From Candidatus Baldrarchaeota archaeon (lineage in GTDB: Archaea > Asgardarchaeota > Baldrarchaeia > Baldrarchaeales > DXJG01), in assembly GCA_019056805.1 (NCBI GenBank), contig DXJG01000018.1, forward strand, positions 1-5,713: 5,713 nucleotides of DNA, given 5' to 3'. Shown piece after piece: positions 5,195-5,713 of this stretch (positions are counted from its first letter, which is position 1; every line of letters starts with the position of its first letter). The translations under genes were made by a program, and so were the position numbers. The notes below the pieces were generated by a model. The model searched no databases and was not told the DNA's origin. It saw nothing but the letters and a program-made list of their open reading frames with translations.

Positions 5195-5710
5195 ATGGTG
5201 CTGAATTTCTTAGGTCTTGGTGGAAAGCAGTATAAGTATAAATTCCCTTCTGCGATGGTTCTCGGTGATGCAGACAGTACTGGTGATGGTAAAACTCTTT
5301 CAACTGGTGTAAGAGTAGTTGTCTGGAAAAAGAAAGTTGGCGCTCAGCAAATGATGACATTTGGAAAAGGAGCTATTAGGGGAGGAGTTGATGACAGAGG
5401 TATTCTTTATCTGTCACTGAAAGACAATGCAACTACACCAGTTCAGCTCGAGGGTACATTCAGATTTGAGTTGTGGGATGCAAATGATATACCACAGGCA
5501 ATTCTACACGAAGTAAGATCAGAGGAAGTTAGAGGCTCAAAGACAGATAGAACACAGGCATACTTCCTTGAGGAACTGTCACATAAAGGTGTTGCTAAAG
5601 AAGATAGTTATTTGGTTATAACTTTCAAACCAGACGCATCAGCAAACGGAAAGACGATAAAAGACGATAATTCAGACTTCCAGATACCGGTGACTACATT
5701 CTATCTCTGA
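5195..5710 (+). CDS. Probable single-jelly-roll major capsid protein, 171 aa
   Basis: Series of alternating beta-strand patterns (VRVVVWKKKV, MMTFG, ILYLSLKD, GTFRFELWD, ILHEVR, EDSYLVITFKP, SDFQIPV) in an order and size resembling small MCPs of Halopanivirales (P23-77 VP16, SH1 VP7), from recall. Lies two genes downstream of the packaging ATPase; ATG directly follows the upstream TAA, with SD GGTGGT. Confidence 0.65.
   Translation: MVLNFLGLGGKQYKYKFPSAMVLGDADSTGDGKTLSTGVRVVVWKKKVGAQQMMTFGKGAIRGGVDDRGILYLSLKDNATTPVQLEGTFRFELWDANDIPQAILHEVRSEEVRGSKTDRTQAYFLEELSHKGVAKEDSYLVITFKPDASANGKTIKDDNSDFQIPVTTFYL
5650..5670 (+). repeat. Perfect 10-nt tandem duplication (AAAGACGATA x2) inside the putative MCP gene
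   Basis: Read directly: aaagacgata aaagacgata a; the two copies are in different reading frames. Confidence 0.8.
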
Positions 5711-5713
5711 TTC

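Larger units (their letters stand above)
1..5713 (+). mobile_element. Fragment of a probable archaeal tailless icosahedral virus or provirus (single-jelly-roll MCP + A32/P9-like ATPase; Halopanivirales-like morphogenetic module)
   Basis: All credible ORFs are small, on one strand and abutting or overlapping; no cellular housekeeping genes. The order is packaging-type ATPase, small gene, membrane-type protein, beta-rich 171-aa protein. Archaeal SD and BRE/TATA signals are present. No integrase or att site in the window. Confidence 0.85.

Noticed and set aside
5142-5360. Minus-strand 72-aa ORF
   Set aside because: Antisense to two well-supported structural genes; no expression signals.
1-5713. 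CRISPR array, tRNA/rRNA, integrase/att site, terminal repeats or circular overlap
   Set aside because: No regularly spaced repeats, cloverleaf, recombinase motifs or matching window ends were seen.

Overview
Co-directional (+ strand), gene-dense, AT-rich fragment of a probable archaeal tailless icosahedral, internal-membrane dsDNA virus. It could be a free virus or a provirus; no integrase or att site is visible. An archaeal host is indicated by GGTGA/GGAGGTG ribosome-binding sites before almost every gene, TATA promoters (two with a BRE, ACGAAAAnnTTATATA) and an oligo-T terminator. Four blocks are apparent. (1) 1-1651: small unknown ORFs, including a tandem paralog pair, a mini membrane protein and a Cys-rich ORF missing from the track. 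(2) 1773-2682: a two-gene operon whose second gene is an unusually small (117 aa) archaeo-eukaryotic primase (AEP)-like catalytic core. (3) 2763-4827: a probably leaderless operon encoding an acidic double zinc-finger protein, a very basic protein, an unannotated 2-TM protein, a helical protein, an FtsK/HerA-superfamily (A32/P9-like) packaging ATPase and a Zn-ribbon protein. (4) 4889-5710: a basic/amphipathic membrane-type protein and a 171-aa probable single-jelly-roll major capsid protein resembling the small MCPs of Halopanivirales. Family calls come from motif reading and recall, not database searches.
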